A stretch of DNA of 64,000 bases. Source: Heteronotia binoei. Its lineage: Eukaryota. A program made the translations under genes and the position numbers. Shown in pieces: positions 1-11,856 of this stretch. The stretch covers positions 1 to 64,000 of the forward strand of contig NW_026800101.1 in assembly GCF_032191835.1 (NCBI RefSeq). Reading direction: 5' to 3'. Positions within the stretch are counted from its first letter, which is position 1, and each line of letters opens with the position of its first letter. Below the pieces are notes generated by a model that was given only the letters and a program-made list of their open reading frames with translations, was not told where the DNA came from and did no database searches.

Positions 1-48
1 CTGGGATTCAGAGTGGAGGGCAGAATATAAATCCAATGTCTTCTTCTT
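1..48 (+). mobile_element. 3' tail of a Squam3-like tRNA-derived SINE, cut by the window edge
   Basis: gagtggagggcagaatataaatccaatgtcttcttc matches the tails of the fuller copies at 17485-17760 and 53757-54012. Confidence 0.7.
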
Positions 49-55
49 ACTAAGA

Positions 56-143
<88 letters not shown>
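56..143. repeat. (ATT)n microsatellite, about 29 units
   Basis: Directly visible uninterrupted trinucleotide run. Confidence 0.98.
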
Positions 144-144
<1 letters not shown>

Positions 145-320
145 GGACCGTGGGTTGACGACCCCTGCTGTAGATCACCTACTAGGGATGGAGAGGTTGT
201 TAAATCTTCTCCTCTCCCAGCCACACCAAGATACAATGAGGGTACTTTTTCCCCCCTTCCAAAGCCACCCATACAGACTATTCTCAAATAAGGAAATCAC
301 AGAAATCTTCTTTCCCTAGT

Positions 321-1400
321 AAAAAGGTAAAGGTAGTCCCCTGTGCAAGCACCAGTCATTTCCGACTCAGGGGTGACGTCACATCACAACATTTTCACGG
401 CAGACTTTTTATGGGGTGGTTTGCCATTGCCTTCCCCAGTCATCTACACTTTCCCCCTAGCAAGCTAGTGTGACGGAAAGCAATGGGTTAACCATAAGCT
501 GAAGACGCACAGGGCTGCGTCAGGTGACCTGAGGGTGGGGGCAAAGTGCTCAGAGCTCTCAGGGAGGGAAAAGTTGGTTGAAGGAGAGAAACTGCTGAGG
601 CAGGAGTTCAGTCAGTTGATGTCTGACAGAGTGGAGGCCTGTCAGAGAAGTCTGTCAGTGGGGACCTGACAGAGACTGAGAGAGTCAGTTAGTGCCGGCC
701 AGAAGGGCTGAGAGGGCAGCTGATCCTGTGAAGAAGCTGGAGACGGAGACGGGGAAGTCTTCCAGAGACTGCCAGCTGGACAAAACCAGCCAAGAGGGCT
801 GTGTGTGTGTGAGTCAGTTAAGACCGGAACGGTCACAAACACCTAGGAACCACTCTGAAGATCTAGTGAGGAGGTTGAGGGAGTGGATGTGGGTCTGAGA
901 CACCAAGAAGGGCTGAGAGGAGAGACTTCAGTCGAGGGGTGAGACTAGACACATCAGTCCCAAGAGGCCAGACCTTGGCTAGAGGTGGAGAGTGAGTTGA
1001 AGGGAAACTGTGAACCGTGTAACTGTGAAAGACTCAAGAAAGTAAAAGTGATTGTAAAGCCTGAAACAACAGAACAAACGTACTAGCCTATGTAAATATC
1101 TCCCATATCCCCAGTTTAAGACTTTTTGTTACAATAAATCTGTGGTTTAAGTTAAAGTTCTCGTGAGCCTATATTTTGTGGGAAGAGCAAACAAAGCTGC
1201 TGTGGTCCCATCAAAGAAACAAGTAAAAATACCCCGAAGAGACTAAAATATAGAGATCCAGTGAGGCCGTGAGGCGGGCGCTGCTTTAGCTAGATACTCA
1301 TTTTACTGACTTCGGAAGGATGGAAGGCTAAATCAACCTTGAGCCGGCTACCTAAACCCAGCTTCCGCTGGGATCAAACTCCGGTCATAAGCAGAGAGAG
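321..1400 (-). mobile_element. Sauria/Squam1-like SINE interrupted by an insertion at 469-1288
   Basis: aaaggtaaaggtagtcccctgtgcaagcaccagtc tail (reverse of the ACCTTT repeats); the body resumes at 1289 (atactcattttactgacttcggaaggatgg); colinear with the intact copy at 19894-20173. Confidence 0.85.
469..1288 (+). mobile_element. Probable solo LTR (Gypsy/ERV-like), about 820 bp
   Basis: Starts TGTGACG, purine-rich body, AATAAA near 1132, flanked by the 5-bp duplication GCTAG (464-468 and 1289-1293); 3' end is TA rather than CA. Confidence 0.7.
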
Positions 1401-1689
1401 TTTGACTGCAGATGCATAGGTACCCTACCGCTGTTTCTAGAAACAAAACAACATCTCGGGATCCAAACATGAAAATTCTATTAGGGGTGCCAAATGCGGG
1501 TACAAAATTCTGGTTTCCTAGTTTATCCTGGGGACCCAGAAAACTGTTGTACAGAGGGATAGCGGCAGCGTCCCTGTTCCAATCTAGCATCGTGTGTGTG
1601 TTTTTCTGAATGGGAGTTGGGGCCCTGATATGGTGACTTCAGCAGCCCTGACTCCCTCAGGCCACTGTGGTGATGTTTTACCTGAGGCT

Positions 1690-1912
1690 GGGGTTGCCAG
1701 CCTCCAGGTGGAGCCTGAAGATTTCCCACTATTACAACTGATCTCCAGACAACGAAGATCAGTTCTGCTGGATAAAATGGCTGCTTTGGAGGGTGGACTG
1801 TATGGCATTGTACCATTTTGAAGTCTCTCTCCTCCCCACATCCTGCTTTCTCCAGATTCCACCTCCGAAATCTCCAGTATTTCCCCTCCCAGAGCTGGCA
1901 ATGGCAACCCTG
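1690..1912. mobile_element. hAT-type MITE, TAGGGTTGCC...GGCAACCCTA family (Blackjack-like)
   Basis: Terminal inverted repeats gggttgcc/ggcaaccc and the family body cagagatcagttcccctggagaaaatggctgctttgg; a second partial copy follows to about 2070. Confidence 0.75.
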
Positions 1913-2663
1913 CAACAGAGATCAGTTCCCCTGGAGAAAATGGCTGTTTTTGGAAGCTTGATTCAGTGACATTGTACCCTGCTGAGGTCCCTCCCCCAAC
2001 TCTGCCCCTCCCCCCAGACTTCACCCCCCCTCCAAATCTCCAGGTATTTCCGCACCCACAGCTGGCAGCCTTAGGCTCAAACTTCCTCAGGTATGGGATC
2101 TGAAGGTAGTTTGTGATAAGAGGCTCCTCTGCCCTACAACAGATGGGAGGCCTCTGCTTCAAAGTTAACGTGAGCACTTCATGCAGACTGTCAGTTCCTC
2201 AGCTGTTCCTCTAGAGCCATATCTGGGCAGTGTCCACACTCTCCAGGCCCTTTTACTGCTTGCTGGAGCAGTCTGAAATTGGCAAGGAGCAAAACAGAGC
2301 CAGTCAATCTGCCATGAGGGTCGGCTGCAGGCCTGTTCTTGCCTGAAAATGCCATTCCGCATAGCTTGTCTGCGTGTTTATTGAACTGCTTCAGACTGCA
2401 GCTGCTCCGGAGGGCTCGGTTTGTTAAACAGACGCCACACACAGGGAGGGCATAACAGGGAGTTGCTTCCAAAACTTGGCTTGAAGTGAAATCTAAACTG
2501 AATCTGGAGAGTTTGTTGATCAGAGCTAGGGTCACCAACTATGAGGCTTGGAAAATTTCTAGCGTTTGGCAACGGAGCCTGGGGAGGACAGAGTTTAGGG
2601 AGGGGGGAGTTTGGCAGGGGAGGGACCCCTTGATTCCCCTCCCCCCTTTTCAGATTTCCACCT

Positions 2664-2881
2664 GAACATATACGAACATATGAAGCTGCCTTATACTGAA
2701 TCAGACCCTCAGTCCATCAAAGTCAGTATTGTCTACTCAGACTGGCAGCGGCTCTCCAGGGTCTCAAAGCTGAGGTTTTTCACACCTATTTGCCAGGAGC
2801 CTTTTTAGTTGGAGATGCCAGGGATTGAACCTGGGACCTTCTGCTTACCAAGCAGATGCTCGACCACTGAGCCACCATCCC
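2664..2881 (-). mobile_element. Squam2-like tRNA-derived SINE
   Basis: Reverse strand reads gtggctcagtggtcgagcatctgcttgg...ccaggttcaatccc (A/B boxes), ending cagtataaggcagcttcatatgttc. Confidence 0.85.
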
Positions 2882-3029
2882 TTCCCCAATCTGGAAAAAA
2901 AAACCTCTTGGAAAAAGGATTGCAGAATTACATGTTGTGTAGTCCTGCCCTGAGTGAACCATATGCAAGCACAGGTTCTGCAAGTAGTTGTGTTGGTTTG
3001 CAGACAAATTCCAAAACCACAAATCATGC

Positions 3030-3115
3030 AATTATCTTCTATTAGGACCAAAATAGTGTGCATCTAATGCACAGTGCAAGCTTTAAACTTCTCTGGAACT
3101 GTTCTTCAGGCTGGA
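3030..3115 (-). mobile_element. Decayed Penelope-like element end with degenerate hammerhead core
   Basis: Reverse strand: cctgaagaacagttccagagaagtttaaagcttgcac...ttggtcctaatagaag. Confidence 0.45.
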
Positions 3116-3163
3116 CATTGGGGGAGCCAAAAAAGCAGGAGGATAAAAAAACATTGTTTCAAA

Positions 3164-3357
3164 GGGAGGGAGTGGCTCACTAGTAGAGCATCTGGTTTGC
3201 GTGCACAAAGTCTCAGGTTCAGTGCCTGGAATCTGCTGGTTTAAAAGGCTCCCATGATGTGAAAGACTTTTACCCTAGATTTTGGAGTGTCAGAGTCTGC
3301 AATATTGATCTTGATAGACCAATGGTCTGACTCAATAAAAAGCAGCTTCATGCATTC
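3164..3357 (+). mobile_element. Squam2-like SINE (diverged)
   Basis: gtggctcactagtagagcatctgg head and aaaagcagcttcatgcattc tail. Confidence 0.75.
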
Positions 3358-3682
3358 AAAATACAACGACCTGCACTTGTAATTTTGACATGGAAAACAA
3401 GATGTGCTGCAGACTAAATTGGACTAATTTAGATGGCGTTGGATGCAGAACAGGTTTTTAAGTGTACCAAGTTGCTGGAACAAAGGAGGGTGGAAATGCC
3501 ATTCTTCCTTTGTGAATATGAGAGGCAGCAAAAGGGTAAATATCTCTCCAACATTAAACGAGACGCATAGATCCTGTGCAAGGCAGTGAGCAAAAATGAA
3601 ACGCGATGCTTCTTATTGAAGCTGGAGGTTAGTTTAAGGTGTTGCGAAAGGTAACGAGCCAGTGGAATTCAAGTGGGTTACA

Positions 3683-3890
3683 GACAGCCAGTGTCATATA
3701 GTGGTTGGAGTGCTGGAGCAGGACAATGGAAACTTGGGTTCAAATCCCCACTCAAATTTATGAAGTCACCTTGAGCCAGTCATTCCTGTCAACCTAACCT
3801 ACCTCACAGGGTTAAAAGGAAGATAAAAGCTCTATGGATGCTGTTCTGAGTTCCTTGGAGCAAGAGCGGAATTTTAAAAATGTGGTAACT
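3683..3890 (+). mobile_element. Squam3-like SINE
   Basis: gacagccagtgtcatatagtggtt head, ggttcaaatcccc B box, CORE-like aacctacctcacaggg. Confidence 0.75.
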
Positions 3891-3924
3891 ACATATAAGC
3901 TACCACAAGGACGGTCTATTATTA

Positions 3925-4171
3925 TAGGGTTGCCAATCTCCAGGTGGGGGCTGGAGATTCTCTGCAATTATAGCTGGTCTCCAGAGTACATAAATATCTT
4001 GTTTATTTATTTAAAACATTTATTTCACTTATCCTGAAGAAAAAGGTTTTTTTGGAAGGGAGATTGCCTGGATTAAGATCCCAGTAAGGTCCCTCCCCTC
4101 TCCAAAACCCACTCTCCCAGGCTGCACCCTTGAATCTCCAGGTAATTTTGAACATGGAGTCGGCAACCTTA
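3925..4171. mobile_element. TAGGGTTGCC-family hAT MITE
   Basis: TIRs tagggttgcc/ggcaacctta and family body. Confidence 0.7.
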
Positions 4172-4495
4172 GCTGACATAAGGAAAGATGCAGAATAGTT
4201 TTTTGGTGAGAACAACCTTTGGAAAGTTGTTCTCTCTGGATTTGCTAAAAGGTTTCTTCCCCACCACTCTACTCTTGGCAGGTAAACACGAAGAGCAACA
4301 GGAAGAAGGAGGAATAGTCTCCAAGAACTTCACTAAGAAAATCCAGTAAGTACAAAGACCCTTCTTGAGCCAGGCTAACTCTAGGCCAAACCAGGCCTGA
4401 TTTGGTAGTTCTACAAATTGAGCTCCCTGCAATTGGTCCTTTTCATATACCAGGTGTGAGAGAAGCTAATTTGGATTGGGACCATGGCATGAGAG

Positions 4496-4976
4496 CAGGG
4501 CTGGCTCACCTACTAGGCAAACTAGACGCTTGCCTAGGGCACCGGGAGCGAGGATCGCCAAATTGGGCTCTCCCGCCACCCATGACAAACGCCTAGTTTG
4601 CCTGCCTGCCTCTCTCCCCTCCGTCACCGCAGCACTTTTCCTTCCCTTTCTGCCTGCCCCCCCCATTGCTGCCGCCGCTCTTTTCCTTCCCGCCCGCCAC
4701 TGCCGCTGCCATACTTTCCCTTCCCTTCCCATCCGCCCCCACATCACCGCCACCGCTGCTCTTTTCCTTCCCTTCCTGCCTGCCCCCCATTACTGCAGCC
4801 GCTGCTGCATTTTTCCTTCCCTCAGGCCAGCCCTAGCCCTTCTAGTGTATCCCTGCGGCTGCCGCCTACTTGCGAGTAGGCAGCAGCTGCTGGGCTACTT
4901 GTGATTAGGCAGCAGGCCCAGTGACTGGGGCAGAGCTCTGCTGCCTAGGGCGCCAGAAGGGCTAGGGCCGGCCCTG
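4496..4976. mobile_element. hAT MITE with CAGGGC(C/T)GGC termini and internal GC-rich tandem repeats
   Basis: TIRs cagggctggc/gccggccctg; perfect 8-bp TSD CATGAGAG (4488-4495 and 4977-4984). Confidence 0.9.
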
Positions 4977-5486
4977 CATGAGAGAGTGGAAAGGAGTTAT
5001 GTTCTCCTCTGTGCCTTTTTCCCATCCTGAAATGATGCCACATAGATACTATTTGCCTCAGCCTGGAAACATAACTAGTATCTTTCCCCACATGTAGCAA
5101 TCCTAAATTGCACCTCTCTTTTCCGACTGGAGCTAATAATAGCGGGGGGGTGGGGAGGGGTGATGCTCTCAGAGCAATGGCACAAAGGGAAAGCGTTAAC
5201 TCCCTATGTCCCAACACCAATATTAATTAGAATCCACCATGGCTGCTTTATGATGTAATACATAGTTCAGCTCCTACACTATCACTTCTTAAAGCCCTAT
5301 GCTAGAAAAAACTGAAAATGGAGAACTATGCAACTTGAAAGCAATACAGATGACTGGCTTACCATGGGGTAGTGGTTTCTGTCACAGTTTGGCTTGTCTG
5401 TTTCTTTGTTTGGGTATGTGTTACTATAAACAAGCACAGTAACTCAAGCTGGCAAGCACAGCAACTCATGGGCTACCTGTTGTATA

Positions 5487-5699
5487 TAGGGTTGCCAACA
5501 CAAGGAGATCTCCCAAAATCACAACTGCTCTCTGGACAACAGAAACCAGTTCCTCTGGAGGAAATGGCTGTTTTGGAGAGTGAACTCTATGTCTATGGCG
5601 TTAAGCCATGCTGAGGTCTCTCACTTACCCAAAGCCCACCCTCTCCCAGGTCCGCCCCCAAATCTCCAGGAATGTACTAGCCTGGAGTTAGCAACCCTG
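5487..5699. mobile_element. TAGGGTTGCC-family hAT MITE
   Basis: TIRs plus perfect 8-bp TSD GTTGTATA (5479-5486 and 5700-5707), which establishes the family as hAT-like. Confidence 0.9.
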
Positions 5700-6747
5700 G
5701 TTGTATACACCTGCTCCAGACTCTCCTATGATAGCAAGATTGTCTCCACAAAGTTCATTCCATTCACACATCCTGCTTCCCTCCACCCAGGGCTGGCACA
5801 TGGGAGTAGGCCAAGTAGGCAACCATCTGGGGCACCACTTGGCCTAGAGACACCATGAGACGGCCCCACGCCCTGCGCCTGCTTCCGTCCTGACTTTGCC
5901 GAGGCTTCTGGAAATCAGGTGGCCTCAGCAAAGTTGGGGGGCGTGGCAGCGAGCGCGCTTTGAGAGGGCGCGCTACCTTCCAGACTTTGCTGAGGCCTTC
6001 CAAGGCTCGGGCAGACTCGGCAAAATCATGCGTGTGTGACAGTGATGTCATCTCTTGCGCAAATTTAGCAATGGGAGGGGTAGAAAAGCAGGATCTGGCC
6101 TGGGGCGTGCGCAGGAACCACATATGTTTTTGCTTCTTCCCTCCCTCCCTTCTTTTATTAACTGTTTTCCCAAGCTCACCATCACCACTAAAATCTGGTT
6201 CTGGTTCTGCAAGTATGATACCTATTTGTGGGATTTGATTTATCAGTCAAAGACCATCCATAATATTCTACTATGGATAAGCTCCCTGGCTTTAAAGCAT
6301 CTGTTTATCTGTGGTTGGGATCATGGTAGCTACAGGACAGGTGTTTCCAGATTTATAACCCACCCTAAGGCCAAGGATGACTCAGAAGAACCTGCAGGTG
6401 CTCCCAAATTGTAGGCTCCTGGCCCTTGAAGGAAGGGGAATGTTGAGAAAGCAGGTGGCTGGGTGGGGGTGACTTCCTGCTTAGGCTTAGAGTTACCCTA
6501 GAAAGTGACTAATCAGCATCCATTTAAAAATCTATTTAGGAATCCAGGCATCACACTCTCAAGCCCCCACTGTTTACTTTTAAGCACTGAGTCATGCTCC
6601 AGAACTTTCTCTGTCTGAGGATTGCAAGGCTCAAAGGATTTTTCGAGATGGAATTGACCCCTGTCTTATTGCCAGCCTGCCCCCAGCACATAGACGCGGC
6701 ATAGGCAGATGGGGTTTGTGACTCTGCCAACAGGGCAAGGCAGCCTG

Positions 6748-6946
6748 TAGGGTTGCCAGCCTCCAGGTGGGGCCTGGAGATTTCCAGATGGCAGAGATCA
6801 GCTTCCCTGGAGAAAATGGCTGCTTTGAAGGGTGGATGCTATGGCATTGTACTATGCTGAGGCCCCTCTCCTTCCCAAACTCCGCCCTCTCCCAGATCCA
6901 TCCCCAATGTATCCAAGTATTTTCCAACACAAATCTAGCAACCCTA
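6748..6946. mobile_element. TAGGGTTGCC-family hAT MITE
   Basis: TIRs tagggttgcc/agcaacccta and family body. Confidence 0.8.
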
Positions 6947-7107
6947 ATTGACTACTAGACTACCAGTGAAATCATAGTAGGCAAGGAGGAGGATGGTGCA
7001 GGCTGTAATGTAACCACATACTGCATCTGAAGAAATGAGCAGTGACTCACGAAAGCTCATGCCCCACTACAAATTTTGTTAGTCTTTAAGGTGCTACTGG
7101 ACTCTTA

Positions 7108-7600
7108 GACTGATTCCTCATTAGTGGTTGCTCTGCCCCCAGGCTTCTGCTTTTCCCAGCTCAAGTGATCAGTTCCCCACCAGTTGCTGCACAGGCACAT
7201 TTTGATCCACAGCTCCCTCCAATTTTGCTCGTGGTTTCTTGCTCTTGTTTTCTGGAGAGCAAGAAACCGTGAGGGAAACTGGAGGGAGCCAGGGCTTTTT
7301 TTGAGCAAGAATGCACAGGAACGCAGTTCCGGCTGGCTTGGCATCAGGGGGTGTGGCCTAATATGCAAATGAACTTCTGCTGGGCTTTTTCTACAAAAAT
7401 GCCCTATGCTAAAGAATGGTGATGTCAGGGGGTGTGGCCTAATATGAAAATGAGTTCCTGCTGGGCTTTTTCTACAAAAAAGGCCCTGGAGGAAGCCATG
7501 GATCAAAATGCTCCTGTGCAGCAACTGGTGGGGAATTGATCACTTGAGCAGGGGAAAGCAGAAGCCTGGGGGCAGAACAATTACCAGTGAGGAATTAGTA
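7108..7600. mobile_element. Fold-back PIF/Harbinger-like MITE
   Basis: TIRs gactgattcctca/tgaggaattagta, inverted arms longer than 100 bp, 3-bp TSD TTA (7105-7107 and 7601-7603). Confidence 0.7.
7290..7488. mobile_element. CAGGGCTTTT...AAAAGCCCTG hAT MITE nested in the fold-back element
   Basis: TIRs and TSD gagggagc/gaggaagc (7/8); internal ggtgtggcctaatatgcaaat repeats. Confidence 0.85.
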
Positions 7601-7803
7601 TTACTCTTTTCTTCTGCTACAGACAGACTAACATGGTTGGTTACCCATTTCGATCTATTTTCCATTTTGAACATCTTGTTGCATATTTGCTATTTGGTGA
7701 TTGCTGTTAATACAGTGCAAAGTTGGCCTTTAGATTTTGGGCTAGAACTTGCTGGAGTGAGATGAAATGTAGTGGAGATGGGGAATAGTAATCGAGTCAC
7801 AGG

Positions 7804-8520
7804 TGGGGTTGCCAATCTCCAGATGGGGTCTGGTAGGCTTCCCAATCCCCAGGTCCCAGCGGGAGTCATCTGGTTTTACAGTTTTCCCCCGCCCCACAGC
7901 CAGCTAGCCGGCGGGGGGAAGCCCCACCCCCCACAGCTCTAGATCTCCGGCAGTTTTAGGGAATTGATCCACGGATATCAGAGGCTCTAGGGGGGCTATG
8001 TTTTGAGGTAGAGGCACCAAATTTTCAGTATAGCATCTAGTGCCTCTTCTCAAAATACCTCCCAAGTTTCAAAACGATTGGACCAGGAAGTCCAATTCTA
8101 TGAGCCCCCAAAGAAGGTGCCCCTATCCTTCATTATTTCCTATGGAAGGAAGGCATTTAAAAAGGTGTGCTGTCCCTTTCAATGTGATGGCCAGAACTCC
8201 CTTGGAGTTCAATTATGCTTGTCACAGCCTTGCTCCTGGCTCCACCCCTAATGTCTCCTGGCTCCACCCCCAAAGTCTCCTGGCTCCATCCCCAAAGTCC
8301 CCAGATATTTCTTGAATTGGACATGGCAACCCTAGGGTCTGGCGATCTCCTGGAATTACAACTGATCTCCAGCTGACAGGTATCAGTTTCCCGGGCGAAA
8401 ATGACTGCTTTGGAGGGTGGATTCGATGGCAACATATCTTGCTGAGGTCCCTCCCCTCCCCAAAGCCGACCCTCCCTAGGCTCCACTCCCAAAATCTCCA
8501 AACTGGAGTTGGCAACCTTA
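7804..8520. mobile_element. Two abutting TAGGGTTGCC-family MITEs (long variant to 8334, short variant 8333-8520)
   Basis: TIRs and family bodies. Confidence 0.75.
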
Positions 8521-9234
8521 GTCATGGGATAGCCAGAGCACAAATATGGCTGAACATTTGGGGTGCAAATAGCTTTTGAACCAAGCAGGAAATAACACCT
8601 CATCACTCTAAGATCTTTATCCTTCCACTCGAAGCCCTGGGGGGGAGCGGCATAAGCTACACATTATGTTTTCTTTGCTCCCCCCCCCCCCCCCCGGCTC
8701 CTGGCGATCAGATGCGTGCTGCAATTTCTGTGCATGGAACTCAGTTCCTTCCCACCCTCAGGGCTGAATGCCTCTTCTAGAAACTTTCTGCCATTCCTTC
8801 TTTTACACATTTTTGTATTGAAAATCCTTTCTTTTCTTAGTGTCATAAGGGCTGCCCTTTTAGTCAATCTAAATGTTTCAAATGTATTAAACTAATTAAT
8901 CTAACCTATGCTCTAGAAGATTCTGTGGGACTGTACCGCATACTAAGAAACTGCTTTCTCCACTCTGCTAAAACCTTGCACCTAAATCAACTAAATCCAT
9001 GTTGCTTTTAGAATAATTCTGTTACAATGGTTATATTGTTGTGGGGAGGGTGACAAAAGAAAAGAATGTATTTCAAGGACAACATCTAGAAAAACAAGCA
9101 ATTTATTTTACAGCTTTCGAAAAAGTGTGTGGTTTAAAAAAAAAACAGTTTTTAAAACAATTTCATCTGATGGCAAGGTAGCAAAGATTTACATCAGTAA
9201 AGTTGCACTGAAATTACTACGAGTAGAGTATGCG

Positions 9235-9975
9235 AGTAGTGTAGCGGTTAGAGCAGGGGTGTCAAACGTGCGGCCCAGGGGCCAGATCAGGCCCCCGGGG
9301 GGTTCCTATCAGGCCTGTGAGCAAGTCCTCTTTCTTCTCCTTCTCTCGTTTCCTTCTGTGTCACAGCTTGCTTTTCCAGGCTTGCTCAATTGCACAGGAG
9401 CTACAGAACAAAGCCTCTATTTTTCCATTGGCTGAGGCTCCTCACTTGGGGAGGAAGTGGGGGGAGGAAGACCTTGCTTTGCCAGACTCTCTCAATTGCA
9501 TAGCAGAGCTACTGAGCCAAGCCTCTTTTCCTTCCATTGGCTGAGGCTCCATCCCCTCATTATCCCCTGGGGAGGGAGGGAAAGAGACAGCTTCCTTTGC
9601 CCAGTTCCCTCGCTCATACAAGTGATATACAAAATCTTTAATTGTATTTGTTTGTGTCCTTTATAAAGTTTATATCTCCGCTGCCTGGCATTACATTTTG
9701 ACACATATGGACTGGCCCAACAAGGTCTCAGATTCAGCCCTCATAGCAAATGAGTTCGACACCCCTGAGTTAGAGTGTTGGACTAGGATCTGGGAAGTCC
9801 AGTTTTGCATCCCCTCTCTGCCATGGACACCTGTTGGGGACCTTGGGCCAGCCGCACATTTAGCCTAACGTTCCTCACTGGCTTGTTGTGAGGACAGAAC
9901 AGAGGAGAGGAGAATGATGTAAGCTGCTTTGGGTCCCCACAGGGGAGAAAAGCTGTGTATGAATGAAGTAAATAA
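9235..9975 (+). mobile_element. Squam3-like SINE interrupted in its tRNA head by a hAT MITE
   Basis: gtagtgtagcggttagag, then after the insertion agttagagtgttggactaggatctggg, ending gaatgaagtaaataaa. Confidence 0.8.
9254..9767. mobile_element. CAGGGGTGTC hAT (Charlie/Buster-like) MITE
   Basis: TIRs caggggtgtcaaac/gttcgacacccctg; TSD ggttagag/agttagag. Confidence 0.9.
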
Positions 9976-10190
9976 ACACTTCTGGGCTCAAAGCCTGAAT
10001 GTTTCTCATACTTAAGGGCTCAAGAGGACCTTTCTTTCTATGCATGCCTCTTTGTTCCAACTGCCCCTAACAAATTGTTCTGGTCTCTTTCCCTTGTAAA
10101 ATTCTGTCCCTGTTTTGCCTTGGAGGGGAGATATTTAGCACGTTTCCATGGGGAAGGACTGTGGCTCAGTAGCAGAACATCTGTTTTTCA

Positions 10191-10572
10191 TAGGGTTGCC
10201 AATCCCCAGTTTGGGGAGGGGATCCCCTGGTTTGCAGGCCCTCCCTCCCCTCAGGGTCATCAGAAAGTGTGTGGGGCAGAAATGTCTGTTGGGCACTTCA
10301 TTATACCCTATGGAGACCAGTTCTCATAGGGTATAACGAAGAATCAATCTGTGGGTATCGGGGGCTCTGAGGGGGCTGTTTTTTTGAGGTAGAGGCACCA
10401 CATTTTCGGCACAGCTGCCTGGAGCAAAAAAAAATCCTGTCCCTTCAATGGAGGGTTAATAGGATGTTATTTGCCTGGTGAAATATGCCATGAAAGGCTT
10501 TGGCTGCCCATTTTCATTAAGCCTCAGTTACAGGGACAAGACATAGGTTCTCCAGTCGTGTTGGCAACCCTG
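10191..10572. mobile_element. TAGGGTTGCC-family MITE (long variant) following a Squam2 head fragment
   Basis: TIRs tagggttgcc/ttggcaaccctg. Confidence 0.7.
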
Positions 10573-11526
10573 TGGCCCAAGCACAGTTTTGCTACCTTAC
10601 TGACAAAGAGACCAGTCTTTGTTTCTCTCCTGGGTATTACAACTGCCAGAGAAGGAGCTCCTTTTTTGGACATAGATCATTTCTGCTGTAATGCAAAACG
10701 TTCTTGGTTGTTCTTGTGCTAGGCTTAATCTGCCCCAGCAGCCAGTCAAACTGGGGCCTGCCAAGGAATTTACATTGATTTATACAAAGACTTCTCTCAC
10801 ACAAAGCCAGAATTACGATACCAGGAGGATGGGTTTTCCTCAGCAGAAAAGCGCATAACTCTTCTCTCACCTTTCTACCCCTCTTCTTCAATTTCATGCT
10901 AAAATAACCCCTATAGTTTAAGCAGGAGATTTCTTTCAGTAATCACTAAACTAGAGCTGGTGGGAAACCTGTCAATAAGTATATTAACTTTTGATAGGGG
11001 GACACCCAAGTTCAAATCCCTGCTCAGCCTTAAACCCTGTGGGTGCAAACCTTATTTCTCCATTGTTTAGGAATAGGCTAGAGGTAGAGTTGATCATTTG
11101 CCTGTTTAAAGAAAAAAGATTTGGTCAATTGACTGGTCAAATTGGGCAAGTATTTCAAAACTTTTAATTTTATTGGACTAAGTTTTTAAAAAATACTTTA
11201 ATTATGTTTTTGAGACCCTGCTAATCACAAAAACAAGCTAGTTACTGTGTGCTGCAATGAAATAGACTTTTCAAACCATGTAATGAATTTATTATAACTT
11301 TTCTAGGAGGTTTCTACAGCTGCCAGCAATACACTGAACAGCCCTTTGGCTTTTGTCCTGGAACACCAGGGTCAGCCTATGGTCACAAAATTTAAAACAA
11401 TGGAAATAAAATGGAAATAAAGCAAACAGCAAAACCATTGTCAGTGTTTAAAGGCAGCTGTGCTAAATAGACAGTAAGCCAGCTATTCCTTGTTTGGAGA
11501 GGCCTGCAGAGACTGTGTGGTGAGAA

Positions 11527-11856
11527 GGGAGTCTTTTGCAGAAAAAGCCCAGCAGGAACTCATTTGCATATTAGGCCACACCTGCTGACCAATGTTCCCT
11601 CTAAGTTGTGGAGTTTTGTGAGCAAAAATTCTATTGTGTGAGCTACTGGCATTAAAGTTATGAGCCTGCCATTTGGCTACTGCATAAATTAGTTTGTTCT
11701 GGGGCCATTTTTCCTGAGCTAAGACAAAAATGTGTGAGCCAGAGGCTAAAAAACTGTGAGCTAGCTCACACAAGCTCACCTTAGAGGGAACAGTGCTTCT
11801 GACACTAAGCCAGCCAGAACTGCGTTCCTGTGCATTCCTGCTCAAAAAAAGCCCTG
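11527..11856. mobile_element. CAGGGC-family MITE containing a nested CAGTGTTCCCTCTAAG MITE (11590-11795)
   Basis: Host halves flank caatgttccctctaag...ttagagggaacagtg. Confidence 0.8.

Larger units (their letters stand above)
7020..7650 (+). mobile_element. Penelope-like element end with minimal hammerhead ribozyme motif (7023-7062), split by an insertion at 7108-7600
   Basis: gcat-CTGAAGA-aatgag/ctcac-GAAA-gctc-atgc, then ttgttagtctttaaggtgctactggactc; the element resumes after 7603 as ctcttttcttctgctacagacagactaac. Confidence 0.7.

Noticed and set aside
2820-2881. tRNA-like A/B-box sequences (also at 3164, 9235, 17700, 53757, 58350)
   Set aside because: They are SINE heads continuing into SINE bodies, with no complete cloverleaf or terminator.
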